Assembly (NCBI GenBank): GCA_963845755.1
Contig: CAWJTV010000037.1
Location: forward strand, 1-64,000
Origin: an uncultured Planctomycetota bacterium
Lineage (GTDB): Bacteria; Planctomycetota; Planctomycetia; Isosphaerales; Isosphaeraceae
DNA: 64,000 nucleotides
Direction of reading: 5' to 3'
Shown: positions 33,231 through 43,048 of the stretch, piece after piece
How the letters are laid out: every line of letters starts with the position of its first letter
Position numbering within the stretch: the first letter of the stretch is position 1
The notes under the pieces: generated by a model
Told to the model about the DNA's origin: nothing
Seen by the model: only the letters and a program-made list of their open reading frames with translations
Database searches by the model: none
Translations under genes and position numbers: made by a program

Positions 33231-34298
33231 ATGCGTCGACGCGAGTTTCTGAAGCAGGCCGGCGCCGCGGCCCTGGCCGCCGGCGCCTCCGGCCCGTTCG
33301 TGCATGCCAGCGACAAGGCGGGAAGCGAGCACCCGGTCATCGGCCAGGGCGAGCACCGCTACGAGTGCCACCACAACTGGGGCGAATTGCCCAGCTCGAT
33401 CCACTGGTTCGAGACTCACGGCGTGGCGATCGACAAGGCGGGCTTCATCTACATCAAGCATCGGGCCGGCAGCGATTTCCCCAAACCGACCGATCCGGCC
33501 CAGGACACGATCGTGGTCTTCGACCCGAATGGTAAGTTCGTCCGCTCCTTCGGGAAGGAGTATCACGGGGGAGGCCACGGGATCGACATCCGCGAGGAGG
33601 ACGGACAGGAGTTCCTCTATCTCTCGTGCATGATGCCGGTGGACCTGGTCGTCAAGAGCGACCTGAAAGGCGAGGTTGTCTGGATCAAGAAGGCCCCGCA
33701 AGAGCCGCACGTCTACGATCAGGAAAAGCCGAAGTTTGCACCGACGAACGTCGCATTTGCCCCGGACGGCGGCTTCTACGTCGGCGACGGCTACGGCTCC
33801 AATTACATCCATCAGTACGGCAAGGACGCCAAGTGGGTGCGGACGTTCGGCGGCTATGGTGATGGTCCCGGCAAGTTCAAGACCCCTCACGGTCTCTGGC
33901 TGGACAATCGCCCCGGCCGCGACGTTCAGCTCGTGATCGCCGACCGAGCCAACGCCCGCCTCCAGTACGTGACGCTCGAAGGGAAGCCGGTGAGCATGAT
34001 CCACGATGTCAGCTTCCCGGCGCACTTCGATATCCGGGGCGACGTCCTGCTCGTGCCCGACCTGCACGCGCGCGTCTCGCTCTTCGACAAGGACAATCAT
34101 GTGCTGGTCCACCTCGGCTATGAGCCCCAATGGACCAAGCAGGTGCTCGACGGGTTCAAGATCCGCGCCCAGCCGAGCCGATGGCCGGCCGGGAAGTTCA
34201 TCCATCCCCACGACGCCTGCTTCGACAAGGACGGAAACATCCTCGTGGCCGAGTGGGTCGCAACCGGACGGGTCTCGTTCCTGAGACACGTGAGTTGA
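33231..34298 (+). CDS. Tat-exported NHL-repeat beta-propeller protein
   Basis: MRRREFLK; PTNVAFAPDGGFYVGDGYG, KTPHGL, IADRANAR, HPHDACFD. Confidence 0.88.
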   Translation: MRRREFLKQAGAAALAAGASGPFVHASDKAGSEHPVIGQGEHRYECHHNWGELPSSIHWFETHGVAIDKAGFIYIKHRAGSDFPKPTDPAQDTIVVFDPNGKFVRSFGKEYHGGGHGIDIREEDGQEFLYLSCMMPVDLVVKSDLKGEVVWIKKAPQEPHVYDQEKPKFAPTNVAFAPDGGFYVGDGYGSNYIHQYGKDAKWVRTFGGYGDGPGKFKTPHGLWLDNRPGRDVQLVIADRANARLQYVTLEGKPVSMIHDVSFPAHFDIRGDVLLVPDLHARVSLFDKDNHVLVHLGYEPQWTKQVLDGFKIRAQPSRWPAGKFIHPHDACFDKDGNILVAEWVATGRVSFLRHVS

Positions 34299-34519
34299 AA
34301 GTACTAACCGACAAAACGCTCCGGCCGAGCGCGGATCGGAACCAGTTCGGCTCGGCCGGGGCTGCATCGCCCGGTGACGGCCTCGGATCCCCGGGGACCT
34401 CTCGACAAGACAGGCGCCGGATGGTCTGATGGGCGTATTGATGAACGGCATCTACGCCTCGACGGTCGGGTGATCGTCTTGCCCGTCAGGTATTCGCCTG
34501 TCAATCTCATTGAACCAAC

Positions 34520-35077
34520 ATGGATCGACTCCAGGGTCATCTCCTGATCGCCTCCGCGAGTCTGCTCGACCCCAACTTCGCCCAGACGATCGTGCTGATC
34601 GCCGTCCACAGCGAGGAAGGCGCGCTCGGGTTGATCCTGAACCGCGAGCTGACTATGCCGCTCGAGCAGGTCTGGTCGCAGATCAGTGAGACGCCGTGCT
34701 TGCGCGAAGGATCCGTCCGCCATGGCGGTCCGGTGGCCGGGAGCTTGATGGCCGTACACGACCAGCGGCCCCTCGCCAATCTCGTGGTGACCGACGATCT
34801 CTTCGTCGCCACCGAGCTGAATGCCATGGAGTTACTGGCCGCCTCCGAGGACGGCCAGGCCATCTTCTACGTCGGCCACTCCGGCTGGGGACCGGGACAG
34901 CTCGAGAACGAGCTGACGGAGGGTTCCTGGCTGGTCCTGCCCGCCACGCCCGAACATGTCTTTGGTGATGTCGACACTCTTTCGGCTTGGAAGAAGTCCA
35001 CGGTCGAAGTCGGGCGTCGGCAGTTGCAGGCGATGATCCCGATCCGGCATGTGCCGGAGAATCCCCGGCTCAATTAG
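34520..35077 (+). CDS. Second YqgE/AlgH (DUF179) family protein
   Basis: GHLLIAS..DPNF, GALGLILNR, GGPV, GWGPGQLENEL, NPRLN. Confidence 0.93.
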   Translation: MDRLQGHLLIASASLLDPNFAQTIVLIAVHSEEGALGLILNRELTMPLEQVWSQISETPCLREGSVRHGGPVAGSLMAVHDQRPLANLVVTDDLFVATELNAMELLAASEDGQAIFYVGHSGWGPGQLENELTEGSWLVLPATPEHVFGDVDTLSAWKKSTVEVGRRQLQAMIPIRHVPENPRLN

Positions 35078-36744
35078 AGGCCCGTCTGGATGCGGAAGGC
35101 CGAGTGGACCTGGGTACGGATCCGGGCCATGACGGGCGAGAGGTCGTCGCGCGCGGTGAATGCCTCGATCAGGTAGGCGCGTGGGGCACTCTCCGCGCGT
35201 CGCAGCGCCTCGCGCAACTCGGATGCACTCGTGACCCGTTCGGCCTCGGCACCCAGCGACCGGGCGAGGGCGGGATAATCCCAGCTCCTGCGTTCGTAAT
35301 AGCTCCGAGGTCGATCGACCGCCTCGAGCATGCCATAACCGCCATTGTTCAGGAGCAGCACGATTGGGCGCAGACCTTGCTCGACATGTGTGGCCAGCTC
35401 AATCCCGGTCATCTGGAACGCGCCATCCCCAACGATCACGAGGGGCCTCCGCGACGGATCGGCGATCCCCGCGCCGAGGGCTGCCGGAACGGCGAACCCC
35501 ATGGACGAATAAAAGCCGGCTGCCACGAAGACGTCGGCGCGAAGCTCCAGTCCGATGAACCAACTATCGCCCACGTCGGTGACGAAGCTGTAGCGCGACT
35601 GGTCGAGATCCTGGAGGGCGGCGATCACTTCACTCACGCGGACGATTCCCGGACTGGGCGGACCGGAAGACGCGGGCGTCTCCGACAGACTCGCCGAACG
35701 AGTTCCACGTGCATCGAACCGGGGCACAATGCGATTGCTAGGCGGCAACCGTTCGAGGAGGGCCGCGACGACGTCCGTCATGGAAAGGTCGTGGTAGCGA
35801 TGGTAGCGCACCTGCACGCTCTCTGCTTCGATCATGACCCGCGCCTCGGGGCGAATCCGCTGGCTCCAAAAACCAGTACCGAGGTCGGTTGGGAGCACGC
35901 CGATCCCCAGGACACAATCGGAGCCATCGAGGAGTTCGCGGGTCGCCGGGTCACTGAGGGCTCCGAGGTAGACACCCGCATACTGTGGGTGACTTTCCGG
36001 AAAGGCGGCCTTGCCGAGCAGGTCGGTCACGACCGGAAGTCGCAACCGTTCGGCGAGCCCAATCACCAGGTCCGTCAAAGCATGCCGGCGGACTCCGACG
36101 CCCACGTAGAGCGCGGGACGACTCGCGCCTGCGAGCATCACGCCGATCTCGGAGACGGCCTCACCGATTGCACCGGCCAGAGCCTCGCGGTCCTCCGCAC
36201 TGGGTTTGCCGAGCAGCGGCCCGGACGGCCCCTCGACGGGCACCGCGACTCGATCGCGGGGGATCTCCAGGTAACCGGGTCGCTTCGACGTGACCACCCG
36301 GCGTATCACGCGGTCAATCGTCCCGGGAGCCGATACGGGGTCGTCGAGGATCGCCGCGTCGACCGTGACCTCGCGGTAGATCTGCAACTGGCTCTCGAAT
36401 GTCTTGATCACGTGATGAAGGTGCAGCTCCGGACGGCGCAGGGCGACCTCGGGGCCTCCGCTGACGACCAGCAGCGGCGACTGCTCCGCGTAGGCGCATG
36501 CGACGGGATTGACGGTGTTGAGCGCCCCGGGGCCATATGTCACAACCGCCACGCCCAGACCGCGGAACCGCGCATACGCATCGGCCGCGAAGCCGACACC
36601 CGGCTCGTGAGCACAGACCACCGTCGGCATCCCCACGCGCTCCTGTACCGCATAGACAGGGAGCACAAAGTCGCCCGGGATGCCGAACGTGTGTCCCACG
36701 CCCAGTTCCCGCAGACGTTGGAACAGGTACTCGGTCAGATTCAT
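35074..36744 (-). CDS. ThDP-dependent alpha-keto acid (indolepyruvate/phenylpyruvate) decarboxylase
   Basis: FGIPGDF, HEPGVGFAADAYAR, LHHV, GDGAFQMTG..NNGGYG ThDP motif. Confidence 0.92.
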   Translation of the reverse strand: MNLTEYLFQRLRELGVGHTFGIPGDFVLPVYAVQERVGMPTVVCAHEPGVGFAADAYARFRGLGVAVVTYGPGALNTVNPVACAYAEQSPLLVVSGGPEVALRRPELHLHHVIKTFESQLQIYREVTVDAAILDDPVSAPGTIDRVIRRVVTSKRPGYLEIPRDRVAVPVEGPSGPLLGKPSAEDREALAGAIGEAVSEIGVMLAGASRPALYVGVGVRRHALTDLVIGLAERLRLPVVTDLLGKAAFPESHPQYAGVYLGALSDPATRELLDGSDCVLGIGVLPTDLGTGFWSQRIRPEARVMIEAESVQVRYHRYHDLSMTDVVAALLERLPPSNRIVPRFDARGTRSASLSETPASSGPPSPGIVRVSEVIAALQDLDQSRYSFVTDVGDSWFIGLELRADVFVAAGFYSSMGFAVPAALGAGIADPSRRPLVIVGDGAFQMTGIELATHVEQGLRPIVLLLNNGGYGMLEAVDRPRSYYERRSWDYPALARSLGAEAERVTSASELREALRRAESAPRAYLIEAFTARDDLSPVMARIRTQVHSAFRIQTGL

Positions 36745-36932
36745 TGGCCCTTACCGGAATTCGATTCCATTTGAGGTTCTACTCGGCTGGCCGTGTCCGA
36801 GCTGTCGCCGTCATGATACCCTGGGCCGGCGATGGTGGAAACGGTTATCATGGATAGCCTCGACCACAGCGAGCCGATCGCCCTGTCCGAGAGGTCGACA
36901 CTCGAAGTATCTCGTCCGGGAATTACATAAAT

Positions 36933-37912
36933 ATGAACATTAAATGCCAATTATTAGTTCAGTGGGCTGTCAGCGCGATGCTGGTGATCATCGGCACCTC
37001 GGGCCTTCCCTCATCCGCAGATGAGCCGGATTCAACACCGACCGCGCCGGCCTCGGCGCTCCTGCCCGGCGCCGAGGAAGGATTCGTCGATTCGAGTGGA
37101 GTCAAGATCCATTATGTCAGCCTGGGCCGGAGCCAGGACCCGCTGATCGTCCTCATTCACGGATTCCCCGACTTCTGGTACACTTCGCGCGCCGAGATGC
37201 CGGCCCTGTCGAAGCGATTCCACGTGGTCGCAATCGACCAGCGCGGCTATAACCTGAGCGATCAGCCGGAGGGCGTCGTGAACTACACGACCGACAAGCT
37301 GGTCGGCGACCTGCTGGCGGTGGTCAAACATTTCACGGACGGCAAGGCGGTGATCGTGGGGCACGATTGGGGCGGCCTCGTGGCCTGGACGTTCGCCATG
37401 ACCCATCCCGAGCGGACCGACCGGCTGATCGTGCTCAACCTGCCGCACCCTCGAGGACTGTTGCGCGAACTGGCAACAAACCCACAGCAGCAGAAGAACA
37501 GTCAGTATGCCCGTAACTTCCAGCAGCCCGACGCGGCCAAGAAGGTCTCTGTCGATCTCCTGGTCGCCTGGGTCAAGGATGCGGAGGCTCGAAAGGTCTA
37601 CCGCGCGGCGCTGGCGCGATCGTCGATGGAGGGGATGCTCAATTATTACAAGGCGAACTACCCGCGCATGCCCGACAAGTCAGCCGTCTCCGACGTCAAA
37701 CCGCCAGCACCGACCTTTCCTCCGGTCAAGTGCTCCGTGCTGCTCATTCACGGATTGAAGGACCAGGCCCTGCTCCCCGGTGCGCTGAACGACACCTGGA
37801 ACTGGATCGACGGGGACCTCACGCTCACGACAATCCCGGCGCCGGCCATTTCGTCCAGCAGGATGCCGCCGACCTGGTGACGCGCTCGATGGTCAGTTGG
37901 CTCAGCCGGTAG
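36933..37912 (+). CDS. Secreted alpha/beta hydrolase (epoxide-hydrolase-like); frameshift near 37840
   Basis: [23 protein letters not shown]-terminal AGHFVQQD in the adjacent frame. Confidence 0.92.
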
Positions 37913-37951
37913 TACGAGGATCCCGGCAGATCCATGCCACGAGACGATACC

Positions 37952-39046
37952 ATGTCCGACGATCTGATCAAAGCGCCTCAGAGATCTTGGTTCCTTCGTC
38001 TGGCAGGCGTTCTGATACGGGTTGTGAATTTCGGCGTGGCCGCGCTCATTGCCGTTGGTCTGGCGGGCCAGATAATCCGCGACCGATCGGTCCTCACGGC
38101 CCTGATGATGTACGTGCCGTTGTTGCCGTTAGGGATCGTGGCTCTGGTGCTGGATTTTCGCGACTGGGGTCGCTCGTTGCCTCGACTGCGTTTCGGCCTG
38201 ACGATTCTGGGGCTCATCGCGATTGCCTGGTCGGCGATTTCGATGATCGGTTCAGGAGCGACGAGCGAACTCCGAGCCGGTGATCGGGAGATCGCCTTGT
38301 TGCACTGGAATGTGCAGTGGGGCGGTGGGCTTTTCCGGAGCGATAGGACCTGGCGCGCGCAACGGAAGGCGATGCTTGACGCGAATCCCGATGTGATTGT
38401 CCTGAGCGAGGCACCGCCTACCGATTGGCTTCAGAGACTCGCTGACGATCTCGGTGCGGGCGCGCAATTCGTCGGGTTCTTTCACGACCCGAGGAGCCCC
38501 TACTGGTATCGACTGGTGGTGTGTTCCCGATGGCCGATCCAAAGGGATGGGCAGATGATGTTCCCGGGCGGCGTCGGGATGAGCGTGACGGCCGAGGTGC
38601 GCGGGCGTCGCCTGCGGTTGCTGGTCGTAGACGGCCATAGCTCACCGCTCCGATCTCGCTTGCCGTTCCTCCGGGCGGTCGTCGGAGCCTGCCGTGACGC
38701 CGCGGCGGAGGGACGCCCCTACGACTTCGTACTGGGCGACTTCAACACGCCCAGTCGCAGCCTCGGTTTCGACGGATTGATCGCACTCGACTACCGTCTG
38801 GCAAGCCGGTCGGCAATGGGGTGGCGCGCGACATTCCCGGCCATGCTGCCCGTTTACGACATCGATCATGTTTGGATCGGCGAGCGTCTGCGCGTTCGTT
38901 CCTGCTCGCTCTTCAATGGACCGTGGACGGACCACCGCGGCCACTTCGTTCGCGTACTGGTGGGAGACGTACCCTCAAACCCTTTGGACCCGTCCCATGA
39001 TCGACCCGACCGCCTTCATCGCTCCGGGAGCCATCGTGCTGGGTGA
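37952..39046 (+). CDS. Membrane-anchored endonuclease/exonuclease/phosphatase family protein
   Basis: Three TM helices, HWNV, DVIVLSE, GDFNTP, IDHVW, TDH. Confidence 0.88.
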   Translation: MSDDLIKAPQRSWFLRLAGVLIRVVNFGVAALIAVGLAGQIIRDRSVLTALMMYVPLLPLGIVALVLDFRDWGRSLPRLRFGLTILGLIAIAWSAISMIGSGATSELRAGDREIALLHWNVQWGGGLFRSDRTWRAQRKAMLDANPDVIVLSEAPPTDWLQRLADDLGAGAQFVGFFHDPRSPYWYRLVVCSRWPIQRDGQMMFPGGVGMSVTAEVRGRRLRLLVVDGHSSPLRSRLPFLRAVVGACRDAAAEGRPYDFVLGDFNTPSRSLGFDGLIALDYRLASRSAMGWRATFPAMLPVYDIDHVWIGERLRVRSCSLFNGPWTDHRGHFVRVLVGDVPSNPLDPSHDRPDRLHRSGSHRAG

Positions 39047-39506
39047 CGTCCACCTGGGCGTGGAGTCGAGCATCTGGTACAACGCCGTGCTCCGTGGCGA
39101 CACCGACCGGATCACGATCGGGGACCAGACCAACATCCAGGACCTCACGATGATCCACGCCGACGTCGGTGTGCCGTGCACCGTCGGATGTCGCGTAACC
39201 GTCGGCCATCGCGTCATCCTCCACGGCTGCACGATCGAGGACGACTGCTTGATCGGGATGGGCGCGATCGTGCTCAATGGCGCGCCATATTGGCCGAGGC
39301 TCTATCGTCGGGGCCGGGGCTCTGGTCCTGGAGAACATGGAAGTGCCTCCCGGGTCGATGGTGATCGGCGCCCGGCGCGGGTCCGGCGCGACGTGGACGA
39401 AATGATGCGGGAGCGGATGGAACACGGCTGGAAGCATTACGTGGAACAGGCCCGGCGCCATCGTCGGGAGACATTCCCAATTCGTCCGCACAGTCGGAAC
39501 GGTTGA
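38998..39506 (+). CDS. Gamma carbonic anhydrase family (hexapeptide repeat) protein; frameshifts near 39285 and 39370
   Basis: MIDPTAFIAP..VLRGD..NIQD..IH..VTVGHRVILHGC. Confidence 0.92.
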
Positions 39507-39521
39507 GAGCGGCGACCCCAT

Positions 39522-40314
39522 TCAGTCCTCGGGCGATTCGACCAATGGCAGGAGCCCCGCCGGATCCTGCTGATAGAACGACTTCAGCTCATCGTAGAGT
39601 GCGGAATGGCGCTTCCGAAGCAAGCCGGACTTCTCGAAGAAAGCCTCCGTTGCCACGGCGAAGAACTCCGAGGCGTTCATGGCGCCGTAATGGTCCAGCA
39701 CCGAGTGATGGCCGAGGGCGCTCTGGCTCTTGAGCCGCCGGTACTCCTCCTCCATGACCCTCGTCCAGGAATCATACCGGCTTCGAGGCTTCAGGGTCGG
39801 AGTCCCATCGGCCGCCCCATCCTCCATGTCGAGCAGGTGGGCGAATTCATGCAGCACGAGGTTCGTGCCGCGGCCGTGCCCCTGGCCGATCTCCAGAACG
39901 GTATCCCACGAGACGATGGCCACACCATCCTTCCACGCTTCGCCGAGCGCGACCTCCTCGACCTTGAGTGGTACGACGCTTCCCATCGGTACGACGCGCT
40001 TCGTCCAGTAGGCCGAGGGATAGACCAGGATCGTGATCAGCCGCGGGAAAAGATCGGTTTGGCGATGCAGGAGCAGCCGGCAGGCATGGGCCGCGATGGT
40101 CACCTTGATCTCGTCGGTCAGCTCCAGCTCGCCGCAGCCCTCGAAGACCTTTTCGGCAAGGAAGACCTGCACGAGACCCTGGAGCCGCCCGGCGATCCGC
40201 TTCCGGCAGCGACGCGTAGTATGGGACGTTCTTGTCGATGATATCGAGCCATGCGGTCGGAAACGGCGCGGAACTCAGGCGTTTCCGGCGGAGTCGTTTG
40301 AAGAAGCCGAACAA
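39522..40314 (-). CDS. MtfA-like M90 zinc peptidase (frameshift near 40190)
   Basis: FLAEKVFEGC, ILVYP, GEAW, NLVLHEFAH, EFFAVATEAFFE; TTG start after AAGGAG. Confidence 0.9.
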
Positions 40315-40367
40315 ACGTGTCTCCTTGAACGGACGAGCAGCCGGAGCCGTGCGATCCCGGCGACGGC

Positions 40368-41453
40368 TCAACGAATGGGTTGACCCCGCGCGGCGTCTTG
40401 TAACCGGCGATTGCGCGCGACCTGGTCATCGATGTCCTCGAGTTTCAAGGCTCGGACCATATCGCCGATCGTCGTGCGAGGATCGTTGGACCAGAACAGG
40501 CCCAGGTCTTCCTGAGGCTCGTAGTGATAACCGGCTCGGTCGCCGTATGCGTCGCGGAATGCCTTGCCCTCGCGCAGATGGGCGGACCAGCCCAGCACGG
40601 CATAGCTCAGGTCGATCTGGTGGACCAGCGGTTTTTCCGGCGATTCGACCCGGGCGGCGACCAGTCCCGTGGGCTCGTAGATCGTCGCATTGTTCCGCCA
40701 GCAGCTCGAGACGACGAAATATCGATGACGTCCCGCGCGAGCGGCCGGCAGTGCGGTTGCCGGAGACGCACTCGGCCAGACGACGATCTCCGCCCCTTTA
40801 TCCGCCAGGGCTTGCCAGCCGTCGTCGAAGACGATGTCCCAGCAGATCTGGATCCCCAGCTTGCCGAAGTCGCAGTCGAAGACGGGGAACTCCGAACCTG
40901 GCGTGATCCCCGTCTCCAGGTCGTCGTGGTTGACCATGGCGACCGGGTGCACTTTGCGGTATACGCCAGCCACCTCCCCGCGCCGACCCAGCAGCACAGC
41001 CGCGTTCGAGTAGATCGTGCCCGACGAACCGTCCTCGACGATCTCGAGCGGAACGACGAGGTAGGTCTTGTGCCGTCGCGCCAGGGTGCCGAAGGTTTCC
41101 AGCACTGGGCCGCGCAACGGGATCGCCCGCTGCGACGCCGGCCCGTTCGTGTTCGTCACGATCATCTCCGGCAGGACCCCCAGGTCGAGACCACGGCCAG
41201 GATAGGCTTTCTTCGTGTCCTCGGCCATCGCGTCGATCAACCCGCTCAGGACTTTCAATCGGTCATCCAGTCCCGGGTATTTTCCGTAGGGCCCGTAGAT
41301 GATGGTGCCGACGACGACCTTTCGGGGCGGGTGGTCGTCTTTGGATTTCGAAGACGGGCTCGATTGATCCGTCGTTTGCTGGGCGCGAGATGTCGTCTCG
41401 ACGACCGGGTATGCCGCGAGGGCAATCAGGCAGTACAGGAGCCGCTTCATCAT
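40368..41453 (-). CDS. Secreted carbon-nitrogen hydrolase (nitrilase superfamily)
   Basis: Signal peptide; triad motifs LPE, YRKVH, ICWD. Confidence 0.9.
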   Translation of the reverse strand: MMKRLLYCLIALAAYPVVETTSRAQQTTDQSSPSSKSKDDHPPRKVVVGTIIYGPYGKYPGLDDRLKVLSGLIDAMAEDTKKAYPGRGLDLGVLPEMIVTNTNGPASQRAIPLRGPVLETFGTLARRHKTYLVVPLEIVEDGSSGTIYSNAAVLLGRRGEVAGVYRKVHPVAMVNHDDLETGITPGSEFPVFDCDFGKLGIQICWDIVFDDGWQALADKGAEIVVWPSASPATALPAARAGRHRYFVVSSCWRNNATIYEPTGLVAARVESPEKPLVHQIDLSYAVLGWSAHLREGKAFRDAYGDRAGYHYEPQEDLGLFWSNDPRTTIGDMVRALKLEDIDDQVARNRRLQDAARGQPIR

Positions 41454-41633
41454 GATGTCCCTCTCCTCAGCCGCGCACCGGAGTGGCGACAATGTTCTTC
41501 TGAGCGAGCGCTCGATCCAGCGAATACGATAACACGCCGGTCGTGCCCGAGGGAAACCCAACCAGTTCGTACAGAGTGGGACCCGAGGAAGTGACTGACG
41601 ATCCACCTTGCCGACGGAGGATTCCGCGTCGGC

Positions 41634-42488
41634 TCAACGACCGACCATGCGGCTCTCCAGGTCCTTATCCACGTCGTCTGGTGGCTTCGCGACGGGGAAT
41701 CGCTTCACCGTCCGATCAATCCGGTCTCCGAGCCAACCGACGAAATCCCAGCGCCGGTAGGGGATGTCATCATCCGGGCCGACCGCGTGCTCCCAGATGC
41801 CCGGAACACGCTGCTTGCACCGCGCGCCGCAGGCGAGGCACCAGTAGAAACCGCCGCGCGGCAGGAATCGTGGCGACTGGTACCCATGATCCAGCCGCTG
41901 GAGTCGCCGCAGGTTGATTCCTCCACAGTGCGGGCAACTCTGACGGGCCTCGGCCGCGCTCAGCTCGCCGACTCGAGCACAGCTATCACACGAGTAATAG
42001 GCGAGCCGCTGGGATTCGAGCCATGCCATTTTCCGGGCCTCCTCGTGAGTCAGCTCTTGATGTTGTACCGGTTCCTTTCCGGTTTGAGCATCCAGCAGCA
42101 CTTTCTTCCGGCAGTGAGGACACGGCTTCAAGGTCAGCCATTTCCTGGCGATTAATAGACTTCTGAATGACCATGCTAGCCCGAGAGCGAGATTGAGAAA
42201 CCAAAACAGTGAGTCGGATTTTGATAGGGCCAAGAAGACGAACGGAGTGAGGCCGACCGAGGCGTGAGCGATAAAGAGAAAGCTGATCTGAACCAAATCC
42301 CGCTGTGGCCCCGGTCGCAGGATCAACCAGGAAAGCCCGGCTAGTGTCAGGGGTACACCGGGGATCGTCACGCTGAGGAGCAGAGGACGACCAACACCAC
42401 GAGCGTGCATCGCGGGCAGGCTCATCGCGAGGGCGACCGCGACGTACAGGACCAGCAGCATCAGGTGCTGGATTCTTAACTGCGGCAT
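41634..42488 (-). CDS. Membrane protein with four CxxC pairs in a C-terminal domain
   Basis: Four hydrophobic helices then CPHC, CDSC, CPHC, CLAC. Confidence 0.7.
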   Translation of the reverse strand: MPQLRIQHLMLLVLYVAVALAMSLPAMHARGVGRPLLLSVTIPGVPLTLAGLSWLILRPGPQRDLVQISFLFIAHASVGLTPFVFLALSKSDSLFWFLNLALGLAWSFRSLLIARKWLTLKPCPHCRKKVLLDAQTGKEPVQHQELTHEEARKMAWLESQRLAYYSCDSCARVGELSAAEARQSCPHCGGINLRRLQRLDHGYQSPRFLPRGGFYWCLACGARCKQRVPGIWEHAVGPDDDIPYRRWDFVGWLGDRIDRTVKRFPVAKPPDDVDKDLESRMVGR

Positions 42489-42592
42489 GAAATGCGGTCC
42501 GTTTGGCTTGGCGGAACGAAATCCTACGAGGAACGCTTCCGCTCCAGCATAATGTTGACCTCTGAAAAATGACACGAACTCGCAGCGATCGA

Positions 42593-43048
42593 CTAGTCTG
42601 TCCAGGGCAGCTCGCCCTCGACGCGCTCGCCATCGGCCGTGCCGCCTTCGAGGTGGCTGTCCGCTCGCGTCTGGATGACGAGGAGGTTTACCGGCTCGTG
42701 GCCATCGTTTCGGAACGTCCGGGCCGCCTGCGGGGCCATGCGCACGATGCTCCCTAACGTCACATCGATAAACGCGCCGTCTACCCAGAACTGGCCCCGG
42801 CCGGAGAGGACGACATAGACCTCTTCGTTCTCGCGATGTCGGTGCAAGAACGGATAGCCGCCGCCTGGCGGGAAGACTGTGAGCGACATCTCCAGCCCAC
42901 CGGTCTCGAGGATCTTTTTCAAGAACAGCTTACCCCGGAGCGGTGCCGGCGAGTTGGGCCGCTCGGTGTGGTAGTTCTGCCAGGTCTCCTTCGCACCGGC
43001 GTGGGAACACGTGAAGTTCGCACCTTTGACGATGTTCGGCTCATTCAC
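42593..43048 (-). CDS. Cupin-domain protein
   Basis: PFLHRHRENEEVYVVLSGRG. Confidence 0.9.
   Translation of the reverse strand: MNEPNIVKGANFTCSHAGAKETWQNYHTERPNSPAPLRGKLFLKKILETGGLEMSLTVFPPGGGYPFLHRHRENEEVYVVLSGRGQFWVDGAFIDVTLGSIVRMAPQAARTFRNDGHEPVNLLVIQTRADSHLEGGTADGERVEGELPWTD

Noticed and set aside
34987..36774. Long + strand ORF (595 aa) and similar long antisense ORFs such as 33120..34451, 43225..44433 and 53673..54998
   Set aside because: Shadow frames of real genes on the opposite strand, expected in GC-rich DNA; no motifs
36745..36932. TPP riboswitch upstream of a ThDP enzyme
   Set aside because: No CTGAGA or ACCTGAT signature on the minus strand
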